From: Auanema rhodensis
Taxonomy: Eukaryota; Animalia; Nematoda
Direction of reading: 5' to 3'
DNA: 64,000 nt
Assembly: GCA_964057225.1 (NCBI GenBank)
Contig: OZ059898.1
Location: forward strand, 3,844,001 to 3,908,000
The notes under the pieces are model-generated. The model was not told where the DNA came from. It ran no database searches and saw nothing but the letters and a program-made list of their open reading frames with translations. Below are positions 36,095 to 50,537 of the stretch, piece by piece (within the stretch, counting starts at the first letter, position 1; each line of letters begins with the position of its first letter). The position numbers and the translations under genes are program-made.

Positions 36095-39000
36095 TTCTCT
36101 GTATTAATCTCGTTGTTGTAACTTCCCAAACCTCAAATATGCTTTCAACGAATATGCACTCCACATATGTGGCTTTATCAATTACTAACGTGTAATCATG
36201 TGAATGCTGAATAACTTCTGTTACTTATTCATTTCCCTTTTATGTTATTAATCATAACGGTTCTACTCTTTTCCGGTTTCTTTGTTAGCTCAATATCCCA
36301 ATTATTGACAATTGAAGATATTGGTTCTGTTTATGCTTTTTCATATGAATAAATGCTGAAATATTTACTGCTGTTTTTTTAAATATATTTTTGGATTAAG
36401 CTTAAAAGTTTCTATTTGGTACGTTAATCTATCCAGGTTCAGTTTGTAGTGGAAGATTCACATCGCGAAAGATTTCGTTTGGGTGTTCAACCTGTTCTCA
36501 AGCTTTCTGATTTCGGACAGTAGCAATGGGTAGCAATTCTTCGTTCGACCTGTTCCTGTTTGCCAGACCTATAGAAAGACAGTTTTCATTAAATTTGCCC
36601 AATGTTCATAGATAGCAAAAGGTGATCATCGTTTTGACACCAATAGTTTTTCATTACGTCAAAGCACATAAATAATGGATCACTTATTTTATATTTTTTC
36701 GAAAATTTGAATATAAGTCCACTCAACGAAATTTATAAGCATTAATTGTAAATCCAGACTATAATACAACGTATAATTTCATGCGGAAGCAATGTTGATT
36801 ATACAAGAAAGTGTGAATGAATTGAATATTCTATTATTGAAGCCAGGATTTATTTAACTTACGTCTATCTTTTTTTGTTCCCAACAAGGTTCTCCTTGTT
36901 TTAACTTTTTTTCTGGTCTTGTTAACCTTGAGAAACTATTTGCATAACATCTATTCATTCAAACTCTTTAATGTTTATCTCTTTATTCGTATTCTTCTTA
37001 AGTTTAACGACCACGTTTTTGGGTAATGCTAATAATAAGGTTTTATGTGACATGGAAACAGAGCAAACGTGGCAACCAATAGGTTTGAATGAAAATTCCG
37101 CATTGTTGGAATTTTCCCTTATCACCCGATATCCAGTTTTCTCTACTTGAAACAATAGATGATTTAAAACCACAGAATGAAGGATCATAGAAGATTGACT
37201 AGAAATTGATTTGATTCTCTACCTATTTTTAGTACTTAACTCACATTATGAGTTGTGTGCTCGTATATTTTCAGACTCAATTGAAATAAGTATAGGTAAT
37301 ATATTTAGCAGTAAAGGTATTTCCACCTATTCAACTTTGGTCTTGATGAATAATGGGTGGCTACAAGACTGTGCTTCTTTTTCTCTGTATATTGCCAAGC
37401 AAACCTGTTTATACTCAAGGACTGCACATGAATTGCTATAAAGTGAGAAAGATACAGAAATCTCACTTATCTAGCTTAATGCATGTATCATGTAATGTCT
37501 ACTACACTCTTATCAGCATAATTTTTCATTGTAGTCTAGTTTTCGTTCAAAGCTTTTCGTAATTTTGAATATCGCATACGTTTATAATAAGTCTTCTGAT
37601 ATGTTTATAGTGTTTTTCCCAAGATGTATTTTGATAGTTTTCTAATTCTTTATTAACAATAGAAAGATAAATGAACGAAACGTACATATGTATAAAAAGT
37701 TTAAGAATATAAGTAATATATATTGTATTCTCATCTATTATCTATCTAATACAGGCATTTCTTCTCTTAAGCTTATTTTTATTATTATTTTGCACACGTT
37801 AAACATAATTGATCCGCCCAGGCGCCTTTTCAATTTTGATCAAATAGTATTTTAAAAATATTGCGTTTCCTCTGAGTTTCACTCTTCAATGAATTACCTC
37901 TATACCCAGATTCTGTTTGTTTTTAATTTGTTCGTTACCCGTTTTTAATGTATGTTATAACACATTCATGTCTTAATCAGTCGATCTATATTTCCATGAA
38001 AACTGTAGTTTCCTGTTGACGTGCGACCTTGTAGTCTGTTCCAAAACACCTTTTATAAATTTTTGATGAAATGAAGTTATGACATTAATATTCGTTCAAG
38101 TATCGGATATGAACTTCACTCTGGCATAGAATATCCCAATATTTCAATAGCCAAACTTTTTCAGATCTTATTATACGATCCGATTAACTTCTTTCATTTT
38201 TTCTTGTTAATATCTGTTAGTATAAGGGATGGGAAGAAACCGGGCAACAAAAGAGGAAAAGGGGAAGAAGGAAAAGAAATAAAGACGTCTTTGACGAAAG
38301 CGAAGTAGAAAGGAGTGAATACCAGTTTGCTGTATGGATCAACTAGCAGACGCTGTTCTCTCCCAACTACGTTTTCCGGACGACTACGTTGCTAAAGCAT
38401 ATTTAGGAAATATTCTACATTTTTGTTAAGAAATGGAGGTTGCTAGGAAAATAATTAAAAAGTGTGAGCTGGTGTGTATATGTATCCATGAGAGACAGAT
38501 GCACAGAAAGATATTGACAAAGAGGGAGAGAGAATGAGAGATCAGGAGAAAGTACCTGTAGATAGACGTCATGCAGGCTATTCCTATCGTCTTTCTCTTT
38601 TTTTGTCTAATAGCTTTATCGAAACCTAAATGCAGATATATCTTTTTATTCACAAATGGGCTATGCCATCAAATAATCTGCTAATCTCAACATATTCAAT
38701 TTTATTGCACACTGAAAGGTTTCCTTATTTCATTAAATTGATTTTATAGGTATTCCAACATTCCGATTGATAATATTCTATTAATTTCCAATTAAAGGTT
38801 TGGTCTAACTCTCTTGCGCTAAGCTCTTCACGTTGCCATAGTTTTTCATGATGATGGCAATCCCTTTAGAATATGATGATGGATATGCTCGTTCAAATAC
38901 TGTATACTTTAATGAATTTCGCTTTTGTTTAAAGTTTTGAATCTTCTGTTCTTTCACTCTTTCACGGAATACATATTGAATAAAAAAATATTTCAGAAGT

Positions 39001-39817
39001 TTCCCCGACAATGGTTATTTTCTCTGTATCTTTTCACTGTTTCGTTATCTCGCTATATGCTCTTTCAACTAATATTTATCTACGCTTTCTACATAACCTG
39101 TTTTCATCAAATCTTGTACGGTTCTCATGTTCTCATTATTCTTATAAATTGTAAACTCCTTCATTGATTCACTATCTACTTTGCTCTTACTGCCCTTTGT
39201 TCTTTAGATTTTTTCAAATTTTTCTCATCATATTGACTTTAATAACCTATGAACTTTGACTACACAAAGTGGAAATAAACTTGAAACGTACAAAATTGCT
39301 CATCTCCATCAAATCAATGGATTGGCTTGAGCAAACTATTCATTGCGCAACTTTCTCGCGCTCCGACGACTTGTGCATTTTGTTAAAACAACCACTATAC
39401 AACGTTCTTCCAATATTTAGTATGTCAGATGAATAGTATCAATCGTGTTATATTTTATTTTTCATATGCTATCTTTCCAATAGTTTCTTTAAACGTGATT
39501 TCATACTTTTAACCAGTCAGTTTTATATCTATTACCAGTTGCAATGGCATTAATTCCTTCGGTTCCTTTAAAATGCCATTTCTAACTGCTTTCACTAAAT
39601 TGAAGTGGATGGTAACGAAGACAGCTCGTTTCTGTTTCAACTTCCATGCTAAAATATTCTTCTATTCTCTTTATAATCATTTTCAATACTTATAAAAGAC
39701 ATAAAAATGAAAGAATCTGCGATAACCTGAACTAGAGTTCAAATTATTCTTGTAGTATTACTTTCTGAACGTGTATAGTAGCCACAAATGTTCACTGTAT
39801 CATGTCTTCTTTTTCAG

Positions 39818-41128
39818 ATGAATAGATGGTTCGAATATGAATCAGGTCATGCTTGGTGCGAAAGCGCTTATAAGTATCAGACACTCCCGATGGTTGCTGA
39901 GTTTGCCAACACAGTATGTTTTCAATTTCTCAATAAATAAAGTCTAATTTCAATTAAAATATTCTAAATTCAACTTTTTGAAGGTTACAAATCTGCCTAT
40001 CATCGTTTTACCTATGCTGAATGTAATGCTTCTTCGAAAATATTTGAATGAGGTTAACACTGGACTTATTTTCCCTCAATTGTTATTGACGTTTAATGGT
40101 CTTGCATCCACATATTATCATGCAACTCTTAATTTGTTTGGTTGGCATACCCATCAAGAAAAGTTGAGAAGAATGAATTTATAGGACAATTAGTAGATGA
40201 GCTATCGCTGGTATGGATAATAACAGTTTTTTTGGTTGTTTACATTCCAGTCATGAAATGGTTTCCAGAGAAATTTAATGAAAAACTGTAAGTTCAATTT
40301 CTGTGCAATATAGATAATTGTTTCCGTTATTTTGATTTCAAATATTTTTGTTACGAAATTTAAATAGGATTTCCAATAAAGGAAAGAAAACCTTTATTGA
40401 CTTTTTTCCTCTAAAAAAGCAGCAAGAGTTGAAATTAAGTTATCAAAATAGCAGAATTCTAGTCTTAATTATTATTATATAGAAAATTATTAATAATTAA
40501 CATATTGTTTTTTTAGAAGTATCTTTCGATGGACTATTGTAGCACTTACCGCGGTTTTCTCAGGCTTATGCTTTTTGGAGCCTTCTCTGAATGCTATTGT
40601 TTTAATGTTATTTTCCGTTCCATCTGCTTATGTTATAAATTACGAAGGAGAACGGTATGTCGCTACCAGAATTAGCTGTATTAAAACATATTTTCAGTTC
40701 TGGTATTCCCGAAATAGAGGGGTTTCCAAAGCGTATTCTCTCTCTATGGGGAACAGCATTCGCGTGCTGGTTTGCAGACCGTTTGATGTGTGATTTGTGG
40801 CTATATATGGGTGTGTTTCATATACCTTTTTAAAGATTATTTTTATATTTTAAGTATTAAACAGTTTACAACATGTTTTTAGGAACTCCATATTTGCATG
40901 CTTTGTTCCATCTTCTCGCTGGTCTTGCTGGGTACACCATTTTTATAATGTTTTCTATGATTGATATTGAATCCAGATCCAAGGATCACAGGTTTATCTT
41001 TCTCTTGGTGTAGAAATAATACTATACCTTTGTTTTGTAGATATACTGCAGCTGTCCGATATTTTCCTAATAAGGATGGATCTATTTTTTCTTTCCCATA
41101 CATAAGCATACGAGAACGCGCTGAATGA
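39818..41128 (+). CDS. Alkaline ceramidase (CREST family, 7TM)
   Basis: WCESAY..VAEFANT, GLASTYYHATL, GQLVDEL, CWFADR..C, PYLHALFH. An upstream exon is possible. Confidence 0.92.
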
Positions 41129-41795
41129 ATTCAGCAAATTTTATGGTATTGACCTCCTTGTTGCTTACAACTGGTTGTACTTTCAGATTTTCTTTCAAAT
41201 GCTCTTCGCGCTGATCACACAGTCAGTCACATGTCTATGTCAAACACATGAGCTTTATTAAATTAAATTGTACATGGAATCCGTTTTCTCTTGAAACGAG
41301 AATCCACCAAATTTTTATCTTTTTATTTTCATTTTCCTATCTGTTGACCTTTTTCCAATTCACTCGATTTAAATTTTTCAACGCAGTGCCTTGCGATGCT
41401 CAAAGCAATATATAAAAAATTTGCATGTATAAAATATTTGTATGATGACAGTTTTTTCCGTTATATGCTTAAAACAACTTCAGAATCGTGTATGAGCTAC
41501 ATTGTTCACTTTCATTATTGTCTAAGATGGTTGCTTTATGATGAGTACAGGAAGTTTAATAAATACGATGATGTAGAATTCTTTCGAAATTTCATACAAA
41601 TATAATCTCCTAAGAAAAAGTTTATATCTAAGAAATTTAATGTTCAACAGATAACAAATTTGAGAAACAACGCTCAATGATTCGTTTGAAATATCTCCAA
41701 GTTTCAATTGTCCACGCATCTCCGCTTGACTTGTGCTTTCAGACCAGGGTTAGATCTTTTCGATCCTTGAGTAACGAATCCGTGTTGAAAAGAAC

Positions 41796-44700
41796 TTAGA
41801 GATACAGATTCGATATTGTTGAAGCTCTTCTTGATTTCAGACACTTTTTGAGGATGTACTGAGATAGCACGAATAGGAGCCTGTAAATGAATATTAATGA
41901 AAGATATGGGGAGTCGAGATATATATTTACATCAAAAAGACCGATTAATCGTTTTCCTCCATGCTCTACTACATCTTTTATGTTAGCTTCCCATATTTTT
42001 TCACAAAGTTCTCTGTAAAACAATTGAATTACCCCCCAGAAAAAAACAAGCAACCTCTGGAAGTTCGGTGAATTATTTCTTAAAATATTCAAAATGGATA
42101 ACTTTCCAGTAGAGTTTACTGTTCCTTCTTTCTTCATGATCCCGAAAACCAATGATCTTTTCGCAGCTTCAAACTCCGCTACGTCAATATTTCCAGACTC
42201 AATGATATCCATCTAGAGGGAACATACAGTATACATACATTTATAAATTTTCATATTATATACCACTAATTTTCTGGTCTGATCATATGCTTGGGTTGGT
42301 TGAGCACATCTATATAAATTCAAGCCGATTGTTTTACGATCAGGCTTGACGTGAATATCAGCACCATAAGCCAAACCTTCTCCTCGGATTCCTCTCCAAA
42401 GGGGTCCTTCAGTTTGACTAAGATATTGAGCTAGAAGCATTGTTGGGATAAGATGTGGGCTTTTCCAATCAACATCAGTAACACTATTTTGATAAATAAA
42501 TGAAGATTCAGATCCTCCAACAGCAACCACTTTTTGAACACCAATATTCTTGGAATTAACATTATCTCCCATTTTGAGCTGAATATATTTTTCAAAATAC
42601 ATATAAGTAGAAACATACAGAAAAAGCAGCTTTGTTTGAAAGCTCTGAAATTCCAAACTGCCAGAGAGATGAATCAAACAATTTTTCATCAATGCCATCA
42701 ATATTTCCAACAAAATGAGCATTATAGCCAAACTTCAGCAAAGCATTTCGAACCTAATATGTTTCAAAGTTACTTATTGGAATTCTAAGATACACCTCTT
42801 CTAATGCTTTGACAACACTATCGGGATCGGATTTGCACATGTTCGCTATCTTTTCGTGATGTTTCTCAAGAACTATTGTTTCATACATGTGAGAATTGCT
42901 ATCTGAACAAAAAAGTAACTAAAAATAAATAAAATAAACAATAGACATACTTTCATCATAAGTTAAACAACAAAGTGCTGCGCTAGCTACACAACTACCA
43001 TCTCGTTTTTTCTCCTTTGCTTCACTGACTAATTTTTGAGCGCACATTTTTACTCGGTCAACATCAAAAATAATTCCTTCTGTGAATACTTTAGCCCACT
43101 TTGCTAAATTTACAAATTTATGATTGGCAGGAACCTAAAATTAACAGATATAGTTTTATCTGAAATCAAAGCACACTTTCAAGCGAAGATTGATTAAACG
43201 ATCATATACACCTGATACTCCAACCTCAATAGAATGATCAACAAGATCCTAAAATATTCATTCAACAATTGTTAATTCCTTATTTTTTCTTACTTTGGTG
43301 TACAATTTAGCTACATCCTCGGCAGATTTCTTTTCACCATCTATAATAGCGGGAGATTCAAACATTAAATCGGCATACAAAAGAAGCCAGGAGCGTTGTT
43401 CGATTGTTAAACTTTGACTATCAATCAGTAAGAATAACTAAAATATTTTTAGATTCGCTGAAAAATGAAAATAAATTTACCTCGAGGAACTTAGAGGAAC
43501 AGTTATGCAAATAGGTGGGAAATGAAAATTGTTGTAGAAATTTACCAATTTTATCGGTCCTCTTTAATGAATCTTAAAAAACATCAAACACTGAGAACAG
43601 TAACATTTCACGACTTATACCATGATTGTTAATAGCTTCAACATCAAATCTATCAAAATTTTCCAGATTTTCTACGATCAAATATTTTAAGACTTCATCG
43701 GTAGGTTTGTTTATCTGTATATGAATTAATATATACGTTTGCGTTCTTCATTACCGTATTTTCTTGAATTGCATCAGCAAGCGCATCAGCGCAGTTTTTT
43801 AAACCACTTTCACCTAATCTCTGTTGTTGTTCTTCAATTCTTTTTTGCTCCGAATTAGCAACCTTAAAACCACAAAAAAAAAGTAGATAATAATAAATAT
43901 TAGCATACTTGCTGAACAAGATCTTCATTTGGAACACCAATGACGGTTATACTGGGCTTCGAAAAAATCTCTTCAAAAAGATTGGACCAGTACCCCGCTG
44001 GTTCAGATTTCAATTGCTTCAAAATTCCAATCTAGGAAAAGGTAAAGAAAAACAACTAAAATGATTTTATACCTGATCACATCTTTGCCTTAGGATATCA
44101 TCATTGTTTTTATCAAAGAGTTGGTATCCAATCATATGAGCTATTATATCATTGTGAGCACAACTTTCAGTCTTAATAAAGTTGTTGAAAATATTTTCAA
44201 ATTTAATTCCTTCTGCACCTGAACAAGTTCATTCTGAATAGTTTGTTCGATCAAAAATTCCATTCGCTCCATATCCCAAAAGGTTGCCTTACTTAACTCT
44301 TGGACTGTTTTGTCCAAAAATCTTAAAAACAACAGATTAAAATATATAATATTTCTTCAATACTTTTTTGATATACTATCCAATTTATCAGTTGGAACCC
44401 CGTTAAAAGTGAGATGAACAATACACGTCGTTTGTTCGCTAACGTTAAAACTAGCTGAACTAGCAAGCGGATCAGCTAGTAAAACAAAATCTTTTTGTAG
44501 AGGTGATACAGGAGTGTTGGACATGTAATCAAACAATACTTCTAACGCAGTACCCGTTTTGATATCAGCTGGTTCATGAGCAAACCTCAAATAATGCAAT
44601 ATTGACAAAAGCAATCCTTGAATATATTAACGAACCATGCCATATCCACAATTCCCCTAGATTCGTCATCGGAGGGGCATACGACTTTTTCAATTTTTGA

Positions 44701-45837
44701 CTCAGTAGGGCGCTCTAAGGAGAAATTAAATGGTTTTGGGAAGTCAGATGGACAATTAGCAAGATGTTCCTAGTTAGAGACGATAAATTATGTTATAGGC
44801 AAGAAATGTAATACCTCTTCCACTTCATTCATGATACTTAAAAGCCTACCATGATCAAATTTACCACAAACAGTAACCAACATGTTGTTCAGATGATAGA
44901 ATTTCTTATGAAAAGCCCGTACCTATAACAAAACAATAAGAATGAAGTTTAATATATGTCCTTAGAACCTTAGTGTTTGTGCAGGAATCTCTTAAGTTTT
45001 TCAATCGTCCATAGGCATCAGCACGATAGGAATTGCCCGATGGATATAACAGTTCTTTTTGTTTTCTGAAGCCAATATATAATTTGTCAATTATTTTCTC
45101 GCCAACTTGTTGATGATATCTTCCATTTCGGACTCATAATCTTGCATTTCACTATAAACAACTCCTGCATTTATACCTTCACCGTTTATATGGTGAACTT
45201 CCGTAGTAAATTGTGAATCCTTAAGCAAAGCATTAGAATTATTATTTTTCATTTACCGATAGCATAGGCGACAAGAGATGATTCAAATAAACAGGCAATA
45301 CTTTAAGAAATCCTTCACTTCCAACCTAAGAGTTATGATTAAAATGAGTTCATGTTTTTTAATAATTATTTTATTATTATTCAAAAGTTATACCGTGTTC
45401 AATGTATAAGCTGTATGATCTTGATCAGTGTATGCATTAGTGCCGTTCGCAAGACATCTATTTGCTATTACATCCAAAACACCTTTAAATGGATATCTAA
45501 AATAAAACAGTTTTCAAAAATCGCCATATTACTTGGCCTACTTTTTACTACCCATGAAAACTAAATGCTCCAAAGTGTGCGGCAATCCATCATCATTTTC
45601 AGTTTCCGTGACTAAATTAGATTTGGTAAATGTGACACATTTTAAACAATACAAACCGAAAGAAATACTACCGTTGACCATAGGCCCTGGAACATCTCCA
45701 ACAGCAACCAACAATTTACTGAACAAACTTTAGATACATGTTAAAACATTAAAAAACCTTCTTGTCGATTTATAGAGAGACAATCTGATGCTACTATTAA
45801 TGAGCATTTCAGTTTTAGTCCAAAGGTTTGCAGACAT
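41796..45837 (-). CDS. M16C-like zinc metallopeptidase (C. elegans C05D11.1-like), ~22 exons
   Basis: Inverted zincin GLPHTLEHLVFMGSKKYP, NAYTDQDHTAY, GVVYSEMQ, GPLWRGIRGEGLAYG. Confidence 0.92.
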
Positions 45838-46056
45838 CTGTTAAGACATACTCAAAGCGTAAATCATAATATTTTATAACCAATATTGAGGAAATAAAAA
45901 TCCTTCGAAAACAGTATGACAGCTTAATCATAATATTATTTAGTTTGAAAACATATATCACAGTTTAGACACGCATAGAAATTAAACAGAAAGAATTGCA
46001 TAACAAGTAACAATAAATATATAGATAATTATATGATAAGTAGGTAATAGATTTTC

Positions 46057-49000
46057 TTACAAAGATCGCATCAATTGACCAACTTTTGTATGAGCTTCTT
46101 TATTGCTATGAGATTTGGTATATATAAACTGAAGAGTATCTCTATCTCGACGATCAAATGCCATTTTAGCGGCACTGACAAAATTTCTATAAAATGACAC
46201 TAAATTGTATTATAGATTTAATTTACCCCATCGCTAAATAAGCTGAAACTAAGTCGTTGTATCCAGTGACTTTGCTGAAAAACTTTTTGCAATCATCTCC
46301 ACGATTGTATTTAATGCATGCTTTTATGAAAGGCTAAATATATATATATATCAACTCGTTAATCCCAGAGAAATGAAGCCAACCACATATCCCACCGGGG
46401 ATTTTCTTTGAGACATTACAGTAAGCTGTTCCATTTTACCAGCTCGGGCCAATCCTTCTATGGTCCAGAGCCATACTCTGAATAAGGATATGAAAGTTTA
46501 ACAGTTGAGCATATTTGTACTGTTTCTCAGTTAATTTCGCTTGATGTCGGATTCTCTCAACCTTTTGGGAATCAGCAGCGTATAATATCACAGTATCTCG
46601 GATCGTTAACCTATCTTGGCTTCTTTCTGCTTGGCCAGGAGCAAAAGCAGCCTATGTTCAAAGTTGTATTCGGTATTTAAAGAATAATAACCATATCAGA
46701 TATGAGTTCTTCGATTGATTTGTCACCCATACAATGCGCACTTTCTTTTGCTCTTCTAAGACAATTCAAACGCTCAGCTGCCTGCAATTCAGCTTTTTGT
46801 TTGGAATGAGAGATGTTTTATAAACATTAAACTCAAGATGTGCACAATCCAAATGTAGTAAAGTTTGTCGTTCAAAGTCACTTGCTTGCTCAAGAAGTGC
46901 AAGCATTTGCCTACTAGATGTTGCCCCAACATCTTGCTTCACAAATTCCTGGTAGAGACACTGAGCCTATCAAAGAAAGAAAAGTTCGTCAGCAAAGTTT
47001 GATGAGCCAACCATGGGAATTTTACGAATCGCTAATTCATATTCAGCTTTTTTTTGCGTGGTCATAAGATGTCGCACAACTTGATGAAGCAACTGTGGTT
47101 TCTGAGCAGCTGCAGCGCGTGATAGCGCTTCCGGTACATCCCCAAGTTGTAGAAGGACTTTAACCTGATATAACATTAATTAAAATAATACAATTAGAAT
47201 CACCTACTTGCTTTGAGTCATCATTTTCTCTTTTTATCAAAAGCCTAGCTAATTTAGGAAGTTTCGCTTCAATCGCTCTACCAGCAGCATCTGAAGAAAA
47301 CTAAAATAGATATATATTGAACCATTAAACATACCTGCTATGGAAACATGTGGAAAATTTTGTAACTTATCCGAAATCTTTTTATCTAGATATTCCATGT
47401 CCATTTCATATGTATTTGTTTCCTTAGCAGCCGAAGTAATTGTCCGTCTTACCTAAGAAAAAAATATTATAAGCATATACGACGAAACAAAACCCATTCT
47501 AAAAGAACACGATCTATCCCTTCTTCCAAGCCACCACCAAGCCATTTACACATTTCAATGGCGATTCCATAAGCGCCAATATTGATGAGTCTATTTAGGA
47601 GACAAGAACTTTTCATTTTGTCAAATCTTGAAATAAATAAAAAAACGGTGAACATGTAAGCATTTACTAACTGTTCGTAAGTAATACATAAGCCAACCCG
47701 TTTTCCTCTAATTTCGTTTAATATTCGAAGTTCCCGGAGAACTTTCACGAACTCAGTCGTATCATAGCCAGTTGCAAATGCCATTCCAAATTTTGCAGCC
47801 TGTTTTACGAAGAAACATTTATTTCGTCTGAATAAGAAAAAAAATTACTCTTAGCAAATCTTTCTGAATTTGAGTATTCCACGAATATTTAGCAGTTTTG
47901 ATGCATGAGCTGATAGCTCCTGCGATATCACCAATCTTTGAAAATATATTAGTAAACAACAAATAAATGTTGTACCTGCATAACATACTCATAAGCCTGA
48001 TGACTCTTTCCTTCATGTAAACCTTGCGCAGCCTCATGTAACAGGGCTCCGTCTGCAGAGGAAGCAACGCCGAGAACATCAATTTCTTCTTCTAAAGATT
48101 GATATTGAACAAAAATTTTCAATAATTATCAACTTGAAACTATGCTCAAGAATTCCACGCCTGTGTTAGTATACAACTTCAGCCCATCATGTTCAACTCC
48201 GATTTGAGTAATTTCTGTATGTTTTCTATATTTGTCTTAATAAGATATTTAATGGAAATTATACAAACTCATAACAAGCTGCAGAATCAACTGCACTGAA
48301 TACTTGCAAAAAGGTAGGGGTTGCTTGCAGAAAAAGGGCTTCACTTCCAATCCATCCAAATTTATAGATAGCATGTTGACCTGGTACAGTTATCTTTGAT
48401 ATTTGACTGGATAAATCAGAGTGAACGACCGGAAAATTATCAACATTAAAAAATAATTTAAACTAAATACTTGAATTATTCGTGAAGAGTGATAAACTGC
48501 TATTTTTGTCCGACTATGGTCAACAACAATTCGCGCATACTGTCCATCAGATAGGGCCCAGTTAGTATCCTGTATATATCAATTGTGAGATAAAGTAAAT
48601 ATACTGTTATATTTTCAAACCATTATGCTTAACTGCTCTCCTTGACAACCAGAATAAAAATCACGTCCTAAAACCACAATTATTCGAGTTAATTCTTTAT
48701 GAGGCTGAAGAACTGTCCAAGCTGTAGGTTGCTCTCGGCATGCTGGAAGAAACATGTACAAGGTAAGAAAATATACGGCTTACGATTATGAATTCCCCAA
48801 ACAATGGGTTCATTGACAGAATTAACCACAAAAATTCTCAATTGGTCGTCCATGATAGCAACTCCTGAGTCATAAGTTGTTTGGAACACGCATACATCTC
48901 GTACTTCTTTTATAACCTATAAAACAACTTCTATTCTTATTTTGAACTGTTATCGTTTACTGAATCAAAATGGAAGTCTCCAATTCGTTCTCCAAGTGCT

Positions 49001-49453
49001 GAATATACAGAAGCTCCACCTCTTCGATCCACAACAAGCATTCGGTGGCCTTACATATTATTTTACATACACGTGTAAAGAAGAAAGTATAAACCTAACG
49101 TCCAATTTATTGAAAAAACGTCGGGAATCTCTAGCTTATCCCGAAGAACAAGACCTCCACTAGTTCTTATGGAAACAAACCAGGATGTTGTACTAACAGA
49201 TTGAGCTAATGCTAAAATGAAACAACCTGTATTTTATAGGAAAATCTTACAAACCTAAAGGGCCCGAATAAGGACAACCCGCAAAGTGTATTACATGTTT
49301 TAGATTTAAACTTGGCAAATTAGAATAAAATCTTGTACATCTGAAGCATATAATAATTTGTCACATCTTCAACAACACTTACTTAAGTTGTAGTTTCCCC
49401 AAATTTATCCAATTTCCTGAACCGTCGTCTATATTAACTCGACGACCAGCCAT
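46057..49453 (-). CDS. vps-16: Vacuolar protein sorting 16 (HOPS/CORVET)
   Basis: [27 protein letters not shown]...[37 protein letters not shown]. One intron needs a CG acceptor. Confidence 0.93.
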
Positions 49454-49700
49454 TTCACATCACTAATTATTTTTTAACTATATGACGGAAATTTACAATA
49501 GGTAAGAAGCTGAGAATGAGACAGAAAAATTCATATACTTAATGAATAGGCTCAATTTTATTAAAACGATCAAGCAGCAAACAATCGATCATCAATTATA
49601 CGCAGCAGCATATTATATTACAAAACAATACGATCAATGAGATCATTACAGATCAGCATTAACAAGAAATAAGCAACAGAAACAGATTGTATATAGCAAT

Positions 49701-50537
49701 CTACCAATCTTCTTCATTATCATACGCAAGATCGCAAGAACGAATCGTCTTCTTCTTCTTTTGCTCCACCTTTTTCTTCTCAATAGTAATTATCCCTGAT
49801 TTTGCTAACCTTCCCTCGAGAACCTGCAATTGAATGATATAATAAAGAAAGACTGCTTATGAAACCTCAGTAGTAAATTCATCTACACCACCCAAATCGT
49901 CAAAACCTCTGATGTAATCAATTGTTTGTTTGTCTTTTATCACAGCTATAGTAGGAATAACACGAATATTTAGACGAGTAGTCAAGAATTTGAACTAGAA
50001 CTAACCGAGATTAACTATAATTTTGAATAAAGCTAACCTTATCAGCGTTACATTTCACAAAACGAACATTTTGGTACTTCGAGCATAGTTTTTCAAAATG
50101 CTTGTCCACAATTTTGCATCTAAAAGAGAATACAGTGTTAGAATATTATTAAAGTTGTACCTCATATTGCCATCAAGATAAAATAAAGCTACTACATTAG
50201 AGCTCTTATCAGTAGCTTTAAAAAACTCCTTTTCATCAGCGAGTTCTTCGTATTTTCCGTGACCATTCATCAACATTTCCTTGATGAATATAATAACATA
50301 TGTTTTGAACCAATATCCTTACGTTTTTTTCCCTTTGAGCCTTTTTAAGCTCTTCAATTCTCTTTCTGCGAATAGATTCCAAATCATCTTCATCCAAATT
50401 TTCAAGCCAATAATAACAACTTTTAAATATTGCTAACGATTTTATTAATACCTGTTCATTTCCTGCTCGAGTTGTTCCTCGACTATTTTAGCAGCATGAA
50501 GAAGCTGTAAACCAAGTTGATCACCAAGAGCAGACAT
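49701..50537 (-). CDS. txdc-9: Thioredoxin domain-containing protein 9 / phosducin-like 3
   Basis: [64 protein letters not shown]. Confidence 0.93.

Noticed and set aside
36420-37560. Short ORFs on both strands downstream of mcm-6
   Set aside because: No coherent exon chain or motif.
41745-41752. CTAACCCT (minus strand) as a telomerase template
   Set aside because: An 8-mer is expected by chance, rhabditid telomeres are typically TTAGGC, and no telomeric arrays are seen in the window.
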